In this document: in pieces, positions 28,335 through 42,769 of the stretch
Position numbering within the stretch: position 1 is the first letter of the stretch
Layout of the letters: the number at the start of each line of letters is the position of its first letter
From: Eledone cirrhosa
Taxonomy: Eukaryota
Reading direction: 5' to 3'
Length of the DNA stretch: 64,000 nt
Assembly: GCA_964016885.1 (NCBI GenBank)
Contig: OZ024740.1
Span: 310,186,001-310,250,000, forward strand
The notes under the pieces: generated by a model
Told to the model about the DNA's origin: nothing
Database searches by the model: none
Seen by the model: the letters and a program-made list of their open reading frames with translations, nothing else
Position numbers and translations under genes: made by a program

Positions 28335-28462
28335 AGGCGGTGAATTGGCAGTATCGGTCGAGGTTAACTTTGCCTTTCATCCTAACGGGGTCGATAAAAT
28401 AAAGTACCAGTAATACACTGGGATAATTGCTGGCCTTGTGCTTATTGTAGAAACAATTATTA
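28335..28462 (+). mobile_element. tRNA-derived SINE with internal deletion of the head
   Basis: GGCGGTGAATTGGCAGTATCGGT is joined directly to CGAGGTTAACTTTGCCTTTCATCC. Confidence 0.85.
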
Positions 28463-30739
28463 TCATATATTATCTGAATAACCTTGGTTATTATTTATGA
28501 CTATCTTATTAAATGCATAAATATTAAAATTAGCTAACATTATACAATGCATGGGTGCAAGTTATTGATTTTAAATGAATCAACTTTTTAGTTCTATTCT
28601 TACAAATGATTGTATGCATTCTAAAGAATTAGTTGGGTTTGAAGGCAAAGGGTGGGGGAACCAGATTCCTCAAAACGTAGGTTGATAAAGTCGCTATAAA
28701 AATATCGCTAGGGTGTTTTGTGAAACTTTTATACCAAGGCATGCGATATATAAAAATGCCTATCAATCAGTGTGAATATATGTGACATTGTATTTAGGCC
28801 TGCTTGAAATAGCTAGAGAATAGAAAAGGGACGAAACGAGAACAAACAAATGGGTTGAGAAATGAAAAATTAGAAATATATCGAGGTGCTTTGCTTTGAA
28901 GAAAGATATCAAGCTAATAGTAATTATCCACCCTGAACTTACAAACCTATGGAATCTACGCATAAACTAACAACTGTAAAGACTACTCAATCATGAGACA
29001 TAATCAAATCACCATATATGTTCGTGAAATCAGTGTCAATTTATAAGTGGCAAAACCAAGTAGAAGAAACAGTGATCAACAAACAGGGAGATGCAGGCTT
29101 ATAAAATAACGTATGAATTAAACATGTAATGTTTAATCTTAAAATATTCATGTTCTTCGAAGAAATGAAAAATCTGTTATCAAAATGTAATGTGTCATAG
29201 GAAAGTAGAGTTATCATTAGAAGGCTGGAAGATATGCGAATGAACACATTAAAACTAAACTCTTTAAGGCCGACTGACAGCAGTATCAATTATTCTTTTT
29301 AATATACGGGATGTTGATCGCCTTCTCTGCTATGTTTCAACTGAATTTTTCAGACACAAAAATATTTAAATACGTATTAAGAAGACGAAGAAGAAGTTGG
29401 GGTTCACAAAACCTCGTGTACAACGAACAGATAAGAACCAAAAATATATAACAATGAAATTCGCCAATAGGAGGGAGTGCATCTCAAGGGTGACTCAGGC
29501 ACCCCACTAATCCTAAACGAACCCCCCTTCTAAGGGTAAACTAATTGGGCGCCCTTCTCTCCAGATTATCCAGGCGCATGATCAGTACATCCTCCCTACA
29601 TTCACCCACATTCTAAGACTACTAGGGGCAGCATTACTCTCTCCACCGACACTTTCATCCAAAGTGAAACTTTAAAAATTGACGAGGAGTTGGCCTACGC
29701 GGTTACAGTCTGTCTTCAGTCTTTTCAGCTTCGTCCACAACAACATCTCTTTCACTATAGACTTCCGATAGAGGAAAGCGGCCTGCCCTTCCCGGCCAAA
29801 AGAAGGCGGTTGAGTGATCTTCACGATGGATTCCCTGGACAGTCGAACCCGATAATAGCTGTTTGTCTAAACACCACAAGTCAGTAATGCATGGATATTA
29901 AACGAATGTTTGCTGAACGGCTTGGTCACTCCCGTACCTGTGTAGATTGTCTCGAACAGGCAGTGACCCCAGGTAGCACAGCCAATCTAGGGATTTCTGG
30001 AAGTGTGACCAGGAATTCAAAGGGAAGTGTGAGGAAAAGGAAATTACATGGAAGTAATAGTGGATGCATGATCAAATTCAAATTACGCGAGATATTGACA
30101 GAAAAGACAATGTGAGTGGAAGGTGGAAATATACGTATCTGTGTAGCATAAACACAACCATTCGGCATAAATGATGGTTAGTGTAAAATAGATGATACGA
30201 CTGATAACAATCAATGCAGGGTTTGTAATAAAAATAGAAAAACAGTATGGCATATTGTTAACGAGTCTATGACGGTGGCGCAGCAAGAATAGAAAACAAA
30301 AATAAACGTTATGAAGGTGTAATCCAAAATACGAAAAATAAATGCCATGTGATGTCAAGATTCAAATATCATAATAACTTTCTCCCCAGTAAACCGGGTA
30401 TTATGGTAATAAACAAGAAAGTGAGAGATGTATACTTATAGATTTTGCATGTCCGGGAGTAGCTGAGTAGCTGAGATAGAGGAAGAATAATATGACAGCT
30501 TATGGCAGGAATTACATATGTTATGAACAATAAAGAAAGAAGATATTCTCATATCTCTAAATGTTCTTGGGTCTATAACTACTGAGATTCCTACATGCAT
30601 AGAGAAGATTCTAATCAACCTGACCTATTCTAACTGTTCAGATAGGGTCCTCGGATAATAAATAACATTTAAAATGTGCAAAGTTGGAACTTGGTTTCTA
30701 CCTTGCAAAATTCTGAGTTACAGATAACAGTAATAATAA

Positions 30740-30929
30740 TAATTGTTTCTACATTAGGCACAAGGCCAGCAATTACCCAGTGCATTACTGCTACTTTATT
30801 TTATCGACCCCGTAAGGATGAAAGGCAAAGTAAACAATCGGCGGGATTTGAACTCAGATCGTAAAGGGACGTAACTATGCTGGAAAGCAAGGCGTCCGAC
30901 CCTCTACCGATACTGCCAATCCACCGCCA
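30740..30929 (-). mobile_element. tRNA-derived SINE
   Basis: Reverse complement of the family consensus, flanked by (TAA)n-like sequence. Confidence 0.85.
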
Positions 30930-30959
30930 GTAATAATAATAATGATCATAATATACATG

Positions 30960-32030
30960 CGATCAAGACAGGACCAAAGCAGACCCGAAGATGAGTACTA
31001 TAAAATGCTGAAGGTCATCCTGAAGTCAAAACTGAATGCAGGGAACATCATTTCAGCATTAAACTCCAGATCCATGATTGTTGTGATGTATAGTGCTGGA
31101 ATAGTGTCGCGGACGAAAAAAGAAAGGGAAAATACTAACCTTTGTTCATATGGCTCAACGGAAAAGGTGACTGTTATAGGTGATACCTACCGCGGAAGAG
31201 TTGAGGGAGAGATCTTATCTCACTAGAGGATTGCTTTGACATAGAATTAACGAATTTAAGTCATCATATAAAGGACAGCAAAGAAGCATTACTTAAAGAA
31301 GTAAAAGGTGTAGAAATGCTCGGCGAATGTAAAGCGAAGAAAGACTTAGTTGCTGATAAAACTAAATGGTACACAAAATGAATAAGTCATAGAAAGTTCT
31401 ATGTGAAAGCTGAAGTGCTTTGAGGAGAGAAATGTTAGGGCTGGATGAAAAAGATTGTATATACAAAGAGACAGAAGGATGTTTAATCGCAGAGACAATC
31501 TCTAAGGTCAAGATGTATCAGAAAACTTACTGAGGAATTTGCATCAGATCAGTGTCGAATATGTAGTGCCAAAAAACAGTTATTTATATTTTACCGAATG
31601 TACAGGATTAGCACAAAATAGTTATAAATTGTGGAGAGAAGATGAAACGCCTCGGATTATCTATTGGAAACTTTGTGAGATGTTTGTCTTTAATTGTTAT
31701 GAGAAGTTGTACAATTATTAAGTTAAAAGGGTGACGGAAAATTAAATGGTTATATTGTTGTGACATTTTCGCATAGAAACGGTATATTCATTGAACACTG
31801 TAGACTAGATATTTATCTATTTACCAAGGGTGAATGAAAGGGGTAGATTAGACATGTTCTTTGTCCATTTAGCACCAGAAGAGAGGAGAAGGAGAAAGAA
31901 AAATCAAGTATGTGTAATTCATTGCTTTATGAATTCTTGCTGATTTGGAATTTCAGGTAGGTACATACGTGTGATTAATTATCATTGGATCTGGGGGCTC
32001 ATTGTCAAGCAGTTTTTAAAGAGTGTTAGA
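30960..32030 (+). mobile_element. Decayed R4/Dong-like LINE (post-RT and RLE-endonuclease region)
   Basis: EYYKMLKVILKSKLNAGNIISALNSR..MYSAGIV, then CRIC, IIYWKLC and RLDI-like remnants across broken frames. A similar 3' fragment lies at ~30270-30650. Confidence 0.6.
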
Positions 32031-32733
32031 AACGATAGAGACGAAAGATGAATTTAGTATTATACAAAAGGTGGACACCAGGCATCTTGAGATAGGTGTT
32101 AAATAACTGAGCTTGAGATTCATTTAAAATCCAGTTTATACATTTATCTGTGTGATTGTAAAATATTAATAATGAATTATGCCTTACTAGAGAGAATAGA
32201 GCACACAGACTCACACACACACATACCCCCCACCCACACACGGACACAGACACACACCAACAAAAGAAAATATTAGTACAGAATGCTATAGATGCATTAG
32301 AATAATACTGAATATACTGAACATTTAAAAAATAAGATATAATACATTAATATTTTAGGTGTCTCAGTAGTTGCGTGTAATTATAACACTCCAGAGTAGA
32401 CACTGAAGTAAGTATCGAAATTAGATTGAAAATCAAGAAAATATAGTGACTGAGCAATTTAACATAGAGAGATTATATTTCCAATAATTTTATAGATTCA
32501 GGAATTTTATGCAACTGACAACATATTGTAAAATAATAAATTTAGATTTGCAAATATACCTAGGGACGTTAAATGAACAATGCTACAAAATAAAAATATA
32601 ACCAGAAAACGCGGAGGAATTAAATCAGTTTTCTCTCTTCAAACAATCTGAATATGTAGGCTTCAAATCTGAAGAAAGAAAGATTGCGAATTATGATACA
32701 GAATCAAATACTAACCATCAGAAATGTATGTGA

Positions 32734-32912
32734 TAATTGTTTCTACTTTTGGCACAAGGGCAGCAATTTTCCCAGTGTATTACTGGTACGTTATTTTATC
32801 AACCCCGTAAGGATGAAAGGCAAAGTTAACATTGGAGGGATTTGAACTCAGACCATAAAGGGCCGTAACTCTGTGCTACACAGCATGGCGTCTGACCCTA
32901 TACTATTACTAC
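32734..32912 (-). mobile_element. tRNA-derived SINE
   Basis: TTTTATCAACCCCGTAAGGATGAAAGGCAAAGTTAAC...GGATTTGAACTCAG. Confidence 0.85.
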
Positions 32913-33161
32913 CAAAAGTATGTAATAATGCAGAATAGATTAGCTGAAGATTGTGATCAGGGCGGGAGAGACAAATTAATAGTCGTCTCCCGTTAACCAG
33001 CTACAGATGAGAGGGGGATGCAGCAAAAATAATGACAAGGGTTTGGCTTACATACACTGGAAATTATGCTAGCTAAGCAATAGACCAACATAGTTCGGTG
33101 ACATAAACCAACATTACATTAAACCTGAGAAAATAACAAAACTATGTATATGTCTATATAA

Positions 33162-33225
<64 letters not shown>

Positions 33226-33228
<3 letters not shown>

Positions 33229-33429
33229 AACAAGTATGACCCCGACGGCAGAGCTCAAGCCGTTTCGACGGCTAATTCTGGACTAATTCTGGAGTCCAGA
33301 ATTAGCCGTCGAAACGGCCTGAGCTCTGCCCTCGGAGTCATACTTGTTCCTATTACCCACTCTACTACCTTAAGTATTGAGTACTTTGGTGCGTTATGGT
33401 CCATCTGGTTCCTTACCACATTTCCTTCG

Positions 33430-33430
<1 letters not shown>
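33226..33430 (+). mobile_element. Family B hairpin element, copy 3, next to the 3' end of PLE-1
   Basis: Same arms, apex and CCTTCGT-(TA)n end as 16463-16662. Confidence 0.9.
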
Positions 33431-33467
<37 letters not shown>

Positions 33468-33472
<5 letters not shown>

Positions 33473-36274
33473 TAAGAAACGAAAGGAGCTGTGTAGTTAC
33501 TGTAAATAAAGTTTAAGATGGTAGTATGGACGAAACGACAGAAGAAAAGAAATCCTTCATCAGCTGTAAAACAGGCATCAAAATCGCTGCTTTCACCCTT
33601 AACGGGATCTTCTGAAACTAACAAAGTCAATCTGTAAACGCAGAAGTGGATATTTCAAAAAACGTTGCAACCGGAGGAAGACAGGAAGACGATACTTTGG
33701 TTCGTGGAAACGTTCGCTATGCAAATGAATATTGATATAAACAATACATATACTTAGCTCCCACATCCAGACGTAAAAGATCCACGTGTAGATCGTACTA
33801 TCCGTTAGGGTATAACGTGGGGCTGTAATACAGGAAAGTTTTGTGCAATTTATGTTTACAAGCCGAAATTGCCTCAGAGTTTTTGTTTAAGATGTGGTCC
33901 GTGGCGTAGAGTATTTCCAGGGCCTCAGCGGCGCAGAGGTCACATGGTCTTTTATTTCCGTTATACGATCTAGCCCTAGCTAGGATCTCCCAGTGTAACT
34001 TATATTGGGTGTGGTTGTCTTTTGGACTCCAGATATAAGCTGAAAGTGACGTCATATTCCTTCTTAGAGGGTAACAAAAAGAATGGGTATGCATGAAAAG
34101 ACGCTGCTTGAATCTATTGGCGGTTAACCCTATGTAGGCCCTACGGGACGTGGGTGTTACATCCTTACATTTGTAGACAATGCTACTAGAGAGGCATTTC
34201 CCGGATAGGGGGCAATCAACCCGATTCCTACAATTAGAGTTAGTACTAACTATAGGGTTGCACGTGTTCCTACGGCTAGGTAGTTTAGCTAAATTTGAAG
34301 CTGTGATGTTATGTGCAAGGTTAGGAGTCGTAGAGTAAGAAATTTTAATAGTATTTCTATTAAAAATGTTACTATATTTATGTGTAGGGGGAAAATGCTT
34401 CGTAATAAGGGAAAGAAAGATCTTAGCTAATGGTGTGTCCACCTCCATATTATATGGTGGGTTATACCAACAAATGCGACGGGATCTATTTATTCTAGGT
34501 CTATTTTCGTACTCTGTATATGCTACCTTATCGACAAATCCACTTCGAGCAAGAGCTTCATTGTAATAAGTGGAATGGTCGTTGAAAATACGCTCGTTTG
34601 TGGAAAGACGGGAAAGCCTCAACGAAACGTTTCTTACCAGGTTCTTGGTTATGCTGGCAGGATGGTTGGAATGCTTACTTATGTAATTAAGCGTATCATT
34701 CGACTTTCTATACGGGTAATACAACCCATTCAATAAATTGAGGGTAAGGTCGAGGTAATTAACGACCGAGAGATTTGCCTCAACCTGTATAGAGAGGTTG
34801 AAGCCTTTAAAGAAGGCTGTGAGTTCTTTTCTGAACCTGTCGCAAGCACGAGGTCCGCATTTAGTCATGGTCAAAAGACCATCGTCACGGTACAAACCAC
34901 CGCCCGCGTTGGGGAATTCATCCTTGATAGAGAAAAGAAGGAAAAGGCCGTAAAGATCAGTAACCTCCGCAGAATCACTTGCGCCCATACTCACGTCGAA
35001 TGGGTACTATTGGATCTTTTAATCCAAATAGAGTCGTCGAAATTAATCACCGACTTTCGGGCATTGAGGATGACATCAACTTCGAAATCCTTAACCACTG
35101 TGAGTGTTTTAGCGAAATTGATAGCTCTAAGGAGAAGTGGCAAAGTGATGGAGGAGTAGTAATTGTTGATGTCGAATTGGATAAAACGGCAATGTTACTT
35201 GTTACATATGCCGTTGAACCAATCAATCACCGCGAAAGAATTGTTCCACAGTGCAAGAGGGGCCAAATTTCAGGTATAATTCTATCAAGAATCGTTTTAC
35301 TAAGTCTGCCTAAATCGGACTTCGTAGGGTTAATAAGCCGAATAGAGGGGTATTTCGGAAAATTGGATTTGTGATCCTTCAGGGTAAAGTGGGGAGAAAT
35401 AGGGTCCAGAGGTTCAGTCCGGTCCAGGATGTTGAGATCAGATGTGATTTTAAACCCAGCAACGTTGATTTCATTGATGACGCACCGATTAGTTTTACGG
35501 TAATCCTTAGTTACAGCATTATGTAATAGTTGATGGTAAGTACTGCGCTCCACTTGATATAGGTTGCCAGTTTTGTCGGAATGGACGTGCACGGCATTAG
35601 AATCCTTAATAGAACTAATTCTATTCTTCAGGTCTTGCTGGAAGGAATAACTCCTATTCCTAAATTTGATACTCCGAATTAGTTCCAAGACATCATTTTC
35701 GAAGGGTAGCAATGCTGGGTTACACGAGGGGTTATTATAGGTTTTAAATCCAAATTTATCCTGTTTGTTATCTGCTTTTCGTTACCCTCTAAGAAGGAAT
35801 ATGACGTCACTTTCAGCTTATATCTGGAGTCTAAAAGACAACCACACCCAATATAAGTTACACTGGGAGATCCTAGCTAGGGCTAGATCGTATAACGGAA
35901 ATAAAAGATCATGTGACCTCTGCGCCGCTGAGGTCCTGGAAATACTCTACGCCACAGACCACATCTTAAACAACAAATGTGAGGCAATTTCGGCTTGTAA
36001 ACATAAATTGCACAAAACTTTCCTGTATTACAGCCCCACGTTATACCCTAACGGATAGTACGATCTACACGTGGATTTTTTACGTCTTGATGTGGGAGCT
36101 AAGTATATTTTTGGTTTATACCATTACTTATTTGCATAGCGAACGTTTCCACGAACCAAAGTATCGTCTTCCTGTCTTCCTCCGGTTGCACCGTTTTTTG
36201 AAATATCCACTTCTGCGTTTACAGATTGACTTTGTTAGTTTCAGAAGATCCTGTTAAGGGTGAAAGCAGCGATT
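33468..36274 (-). mobile_element. Penelope-like retroelement PLE-1 (Naiad-like), 5'-truncated, with an inverted copy of its 3' part at 35781-36274
   Basis: Minus-strand RT plus GIY-YIG. 35781-36274 (+) is a near-identical inverted duplicate of ~33584-34077 (end of ORF plus 3' UTR). Embedded in (TA)n. Confidence 0.93.
33798..35780 (-). pseudogene. PLE-1 RT / GIY-YIG polyprotein, disrupted
   Basis: Motifs in order: FGFKT..FENDVLELIRSIKFR..HSDKTGNLY..TLKDHK..RLINPTKSDLGR; FIQFDINNYYSSI; PFDVSMGASDSAEV; GLYRDDGL; WYNPPY; NCRNRVDCPLSGKC; IVYKC..YIGLT..FKQR; CDLCAAE..CKH. Two frameshifts (~35255, ~35005) and one in-frame TAA (~35197). Confidence 0.9.
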
Positions 36275-36307
36275 ATTTGCTTAAACTTTAATCTTTTATT
36301 TTAATAA

Positions 36308-36394
36308 ATATTTGCTCTACGGTTCTTATATATTTGATATATATTTATCCTTATCGAGCCCACTTTGGATTTTAGTCTTCAAATTTATTATTAT

Positions 36395-36400
<6 letters not shown>
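36308..36400 (+). mobile_element. 3' end of family E element, abutting the PLE-1 inversion
   Basis: Reverse complement of 56378-56472; ends in (TA)n. Confidence 0.8.
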
Positions 36401-36458
<58 letters not shown>

Positions 36459-36596
36459 AGGGAGTGTAACTTGCAGTTACTGTAGGTGAGCACTCGATGT
36501 TTAGGTTCACTTCAGTGTCGAGGTGTAGAGCTAGACGGAGTGTATTATAGGGAAAAGATAAGAAGATCAATTGGATACTCCTTCATTATATTTATT

Positions 36597-36687
36597 GGTC
36601 GGTGACGCGCGTTTCGCCTCTGATCAGCTCAAGGTTCGATCTGTATTGATCTTACCCGACTCTGAAATCCGTGGCTCGTCGGAACCC
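36597..36687 (-). ncRNA. HHR-like motif (U4C core variant) within a (TA)n-bounded element at ~36458-37050
   Basis: Minus strand: gggtt-CCGACGA-GCC...GGC-GAAA-CGCGCG-TC-accgacc-AATAAA. Stem I is weak. Confidence 0.55.
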
Positions 36688-37049
36688 TTGTAATGTTAGT
36701 ATGAAAATGCGTATGAAAATGAATACATGTTGTATGATAAAGTCAGAAGTTCATATGTTGGTCAATAAAGTTTGTTTTGATTTGTGGATTAGTTCACTAG
36801 AATGTTTTTGCCTGTAGTGTTTGGGGGCGGGTGATAAGATGATGGTGAAGCTCGCAGAGTGAAGTGGGTGATGGTTGTCGGTAGACAGATTGGCATGTAG
36901 TTGACGCTGATTTTTGGGTGTGATGTGGGTGTGGTGTTGTTGTTTGTGGTAATGGTGTTTATGGTGGTGTGATGAATGTGTTGGTGGTTTCAATAAGGAG
37001 ATACATACATACACACATTTAGTCTGACGAATACGTTGTATACATACAC

Positions 37050-37114
<65 letters not shown>

Positions 37115-37733
37115 GAATGTGAGTAATATTGTAGAACAATAAAACTATGCATATATCAGATAAGTAGCACTCAACAGTTGCTAGAACTGGAGTATATATT
37201 AAAGAAGAAATTAAAAGATGGTTAAAGATGTTCCATATATTTTATTACGCGTATTTCGAAAATAACATCATCATGGGACAAAACATGTGTTCTCATCAGA
37301 TAAAATAAGGTAATATGATATGAGGCCTAAAAACACTTGTCAACAGGAAAGAGCAAAACCTACATATGACAGAAAATATAATAGTAAGAAAAAGATAGGA
37401 AAATAGAAAAAAAATAAAGGAAGAAGGAGGAAAATGAAAAAGAATGTGAGGAGAGGAAAAAAGAAAAAAGAAAGAAGGACGAGAGAGAAAGAGAAAAGAG
37501 AGAGAGAGAGAGAGACTTTTGATGAGGAACGCTGTCAAAATGAAAACCGCTGTAGATAACGGTTAAAAAGTAAATTGATGAAGTATGTGTGCGAATATTA
37601 TAGATGGTATTCAAATATTACTGGTCTAAAATATAGAAACTGGGTATATTATTTTATATTGGGTTTAAACTTTAATTAAGAAGTGTAAAAATGTATATAT
37701 ATATGTGTATATAAATCTATATAAATCTATATA

Positions 37734-37844
<111 letters not shown>

Positions 37845-39051
37845 ATATTTGTTTGTGTGCGTGTATGCGTGTGTGTCTGTGTCTGCGTGAGTGCATAATT
37901 CTACAGACAGTTATGTATATATATATATATGAGTGTGTGTGTGTGTGTATGTATGTGTATGTGTGTGTATTAGAGGCGAATATGAACGCATATGCAATAT
38001 ATTTATGTTTAATAGACATACATACATTTTGCTACATGTATTTTAAGCTGCTATTATCTCACACTAATAAGACGAATTAGCAGAATCATTAGAAAGTCCG
38101 ATAGAATCTTTTGCGGCATTCGTTCCGGAACCCTGCTCTCTGTGTCAACATGGCAGCGGAGTCAATATTGCATTTCAACTTTTCGAGGTCGATTACATAG
38201 TAGCAGTCTACTACGGGCGTCCATTTTCTTCAATATTTCTTTCTGAGATCGGTTGTCTTATTCTCTATCTATCTCAACAGGAAATCTGCTGGCAACAAAC
38301 CTGCAGAAATGAGTCATGGTCTCTAACCGATTTTAAAATGACCAAGAAACAATGTATGTCACTATGACGCCTCTATGATATCATCAGAAGTTACTGCTCC
38401 ATGCATACACGTCACACCAAAAACAATGTTTAACTTGTCCATGTATAAAATATGTTCAATTGATCTTATGTGGCTTTAGAATTCAAACTAAGTCTGCTTT
38501 AATATGTTAGTTAGACTGGTTGGATCCTGGCAGGAAAGAAGAAGAGGAAGGTAGTCATTATAGAATAATCCTATGAAATAATAGACGTGTCTCGTTTAAA
38601 TAAATATATTTAAACGAGATTTTTTGCCATGAACTTATGACGTGTACATGCATGCGATTAGTGGTACGATACACATGATTATTGCTGTTCAGTAATCCAT
38701 CTTTATGAGCTTATAATCATATGCAGTATATCTTCTGTTCTTTAAACTTTTAGTTGCTTTTACCATGTACCGATTTTTCCAATGAGATATTATTGTAGCT
38801 ATAGCTTCGGATTCTACATGCATATTCGTTATTTTAATATCTAAATTCTATTGAAAATTATTGTGTGTCTCAGGAAGGATAGTAATAAAATGCAAACGAT
38901 CAGCAACCTGATGCTTTCATTGCAAAACAAATAAAAAGCTAGAGATTGACATATATAAACAAATAAATATATACATACATACACACCACAGACCACACAC
39001 ACACACACATGCGCGCACACACACGTACACATACACTCACACACACACACA

Positions 39052-39096
<45 letters not shown>

Positions 39097-39416
39097 CATG
39101 AGGAAATTATTAGTGTGTTTGGTATACTTTTCAACATATCACAAGAAATGTTGTCAATTACCTGATCTATGGAGAATTGTTTTGTAAGTCTTCTGAACAA
39201 GAAATAATATTATTAACAACTGCTAAATCTTACTACATTAAATAGTTATCTGTCGCATGAATGATTCGCAATTGTCCTCAAATTTCTATCTCAGAGTATT
39301 CCAAAGACTTTCATAAAACCGTTTTTCTTCCTTTGAAATTAACGCTCTTTTAATATCTCTCTCCACCTATTGCTGTTGCACTATCTCTCTCTTTTTGCTA
39401 TCTCTTATCTCTCTCG

Positions 39417-39498
<82 letters not shown>

Positions 39499-41182
39499 GT
39501 TTGTGTGTGTGTGTGGGGGGGGTATCAGTGTGTATGTGTGTGTAGGTGTGTGTGCGTGTGTATGTCTGCGTCAGTGCACAATTCTAGAGGCGAATACGAA
39601 AGCATATGCAATATATTTATGTAAAGTAGACATATATAAGTTTCGAAGCTGTGATTATCTACCAGCTTTGAAAATGACCAAGAAACCTGCTGACCTCGAT
39701 TTTACATCTTCCCATCCAACACACACACGTAGCAATAGTCCATTTAACTTAACTAAGTGAATCTGCGCAATAGACACAATCCCAACAACATAAGTCCACA
39801 GACTTTAAAAGATGAATACAATAATCATCAAGAGAAAATACCCTCAGAATTTAATCAATAATAGCACTCAGAGAAACAAGAAAAAGTAATACCGTGTATT
39901 TCAATTTTTAAACAAAAGAACACAAAAGTCTACAAGCGAATACAACTAAACCTACCTATCCTAATAAAAGACAAGAAATGAAAACCTTTTTATAAAAAGT
40001 AAAAGCTAACCTAAATCAACAAAAATAAACAATTGCAACGCTTTAAACCGGAATTAAAGAGCTTGAAGTGTAAAGTAGAGCCGGCCTAACTATTAGAAGG
40101 TCACGAATTCCACTTCAAAGAAGTTCCAATTTTCAAAATTAGAAATGACATGTCTTCCAGGTGAGAACATTTGCTATATATTATTATCTGTAAAGATTGC
40201 CATGAACACAACATTGGCTAAACAGGATTAACTCTCCGACAAAATGTGGCAGTTCACGACCAGCACATTAGGGAGCTATACACAAGAAATATCCTGCTTA
40301 TCCAACATATAGAAGAACGCGGGATGCAAACTTTACAAACTTTTAATGTCTTCTCATTATACCAATGTTGCCAGTCAACATCAGAGAAAAAGCACATGGG
40401 CAAAGTTAAGTTTTTTATAGAAATTTTAGACTAAACCCTTTGCATTCACAATTTTGAAAGGATGGTCATACCAGAATTAAGTACCTTGTCAATGGTTGTG
40501 ATTTCCACGATATTTAAGGACAAAAATACAACCAGATTCGTCCCTTGCTTTCAAAGAAGCGATATTCAAAGAAGCGACAAAAATATTGCTAATGAAAACG
40601 TGAAAGATTAAGCATGAAAAACATTTTAAAAGGATGTCTAAGCGAAAACAATTAACTACAAAAACTATACTTTTGATGTGGAAATGTATATATATTCATT
40701 TCAGAGGAAGTAACCAAACGCCTTACTATGTTAAAATCATTTACTTCGACGAATGTTTCGATTAAGTGTGATATAATAAGAATCGACTACTTTAATTAGT
40801 TAATTAATTATATCTATGATACATCTCTCGGAATCTCATCAGCAAAGATAATGATTTACATGCGTCACTTAGTCTCATTATTATACAAAACCATTATAAT
40901 ACACATCTGCGTTTAAGAAGAGAAGGCAAAACAATAGAAACACAACTAGGTAAGTTAATGTGGTGAGAAAAGCAAATAAATTTAAGCATAATAGAAGTTA
41001 TGCATTGCAAATTGTTAGAAAGAGAAAAACAGTTAGGCACAAAGTTATGTGTGTTAACATTCATTATGGTAGTAGGTTTATTTAGTGATATTGATCATGA
41101 TTCCATATACATGAATAACACATCGCGCTTTAACGCCCTTTGTTTTAGAAGATGAGTTGATTTATCCACTATCAATTACTCG

Positions 41183-41211
<29 letters not shown>

Positions 41212-41214
<3 letters not shown>

Positions 41215-42705
41215 AATAATATAAATACACACATTAGAAGTAAGTCTAAATTACTCCAATGTATAAATAGCTCTTCCGTAGTACATTGGTTTAATAATAT
41301 TAAAAACAAAAATAGTTCTAGATTCACCCAATTTGACATTGTAGATTTCTACCCATCTATCACTCAGACCCTTTTAGCGAAAGCCTTCAATTTCGCTAGA
41401 AGGTTTACTAATATCTCCGATATTGAAGAGAATGTCATCTTGCACGCTAGAAACACTCTACTCTTTACTGATAATGACACTTGGGTAAAAATATCTAACC
41501 CAGAGAGCCCATTCGATGTCTCAATGGGCTCTCATGACAGTGCTGATGTTTGTGATTTGGTCGGCCTATTCCTCCTACACACACTTAAAGAAATATTTCC
41601 TAACCATATTTTTGGGCTTTATCGCGACGATGGTCTAATACTTTCCCATACCACCATAGGCCATAACTTAGATAGATTAAGGAAAGACTTAATAAAAACC
41701 TTTGCTAGTTTTAATCTTAAAATTACTATTGACACTAACCTTTCCAATGTAGATTTCCTAGATATAAACCTAGATTTGCCTACTGCTTCTTATAAGCCAT
41801 TCCATAAACCTAATGAAAACTTAAAATATATAAATAAAGGCTCTTGCCATCCTCCTATAGTTTTTAAAAACCTTATCCCTAATATTAGCCGTAGGATCTC
41901 CACCCTCTCTTCCTCAGAAGCTATTTTTAATAAGGCATCCCCCTACTATAATAAAGTCCTCCAAAATAGCGGTTTTAGCGAACCGATTAAATACATACCC
42001 AACTATACTAACTCTATTAAACATAAAAACAGGAAAAAAAAAAATCTGGTTCACACCCCCTACTCTCTAGCAGTTAAAACTAATGTAGGCAAAACATTCC
42101 TAGAGCTCCTAGATAAACATTTCCCTAGAACACATAGATACTATAAGATCTTTAACAGAAACTGTGTCAAAATTAGCTATTCCTGCGGTCCCCCTATTAA
42201 GTCCTATATCATCAACAAAAAATCACCTAGAGAACATCAAAATTGCTCATGTAGAATCAAAAGTGAATGCCCATTACAAGGTAAATGCAACACCAAAGCC
42301 ATTGTATATGCGGCTAAAGTGAAGGCATCAGCCACCAGTGAACGATATGTGGGTATGACGCAAGACAAATTCCAAACGCGTTATTACTCACATGTCACAT
42401 CCTTTCGACATCCAGAAAAAAGATTTACAACAGCTCTGGCTAGCAGAATATGGGATGTGAAAGAGCAAGGTATCCAATATAAATTGGATTCGTCAATTTT
42501 GAACCAATCTAAAGAATATGCAAGAGGAACAAGAACATGCACGCTCTGCATAAATGAAAAATATTGGATCTTGCAAAATCTTAAATCACCAAAGACCTGC
42601 CTGAACGCAAAGACGGAAATTTTCACCAGTTGCCCACACATGAAATCACACCTGCTTTCCAGCTCATATAAACTTAACACACTTTCAGATACTTATCCTC
42701 CATAA
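41212..42705 (+). CDS. PLE-2 RT / GIY-YIG polyprotein, N-terminally truncated but stop-free (~497 codons)
   Basis: The frame stays open upstream of the annotated start (LNNINTHIR..WFNNI..FTQFDIVDFYPSI). Then PFDVSMGSHDSADVCDLVG, GLYRDDGL, CSCRIKSECPLQGKC, IVYAA..YVGMT..FQTRY, CTLCINEK..CPH. Confidence 0.88.
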
Positions 42706-42769
42706 ACTCTTATTATTCTCTTGATAACTACCCTTTCTGATTTACTTTCATTTTTATCCTAATTATTAA

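Noticed and set aside
33530-33625. HHR in the PLE-1 3' UTR
   Set aside because: The minus strand has CAGAAGA-TCCC gttaa GGGT-GAAA and a separate CTGATGA-aGGAT..GTCC, but neither completes a core with stems I and III.
34979-35374. 131-aa plus-strand ORF (and the 42384-42680 minus-strand ORF)
   Set aside because: Antisense shadows of the PLE coding regions.
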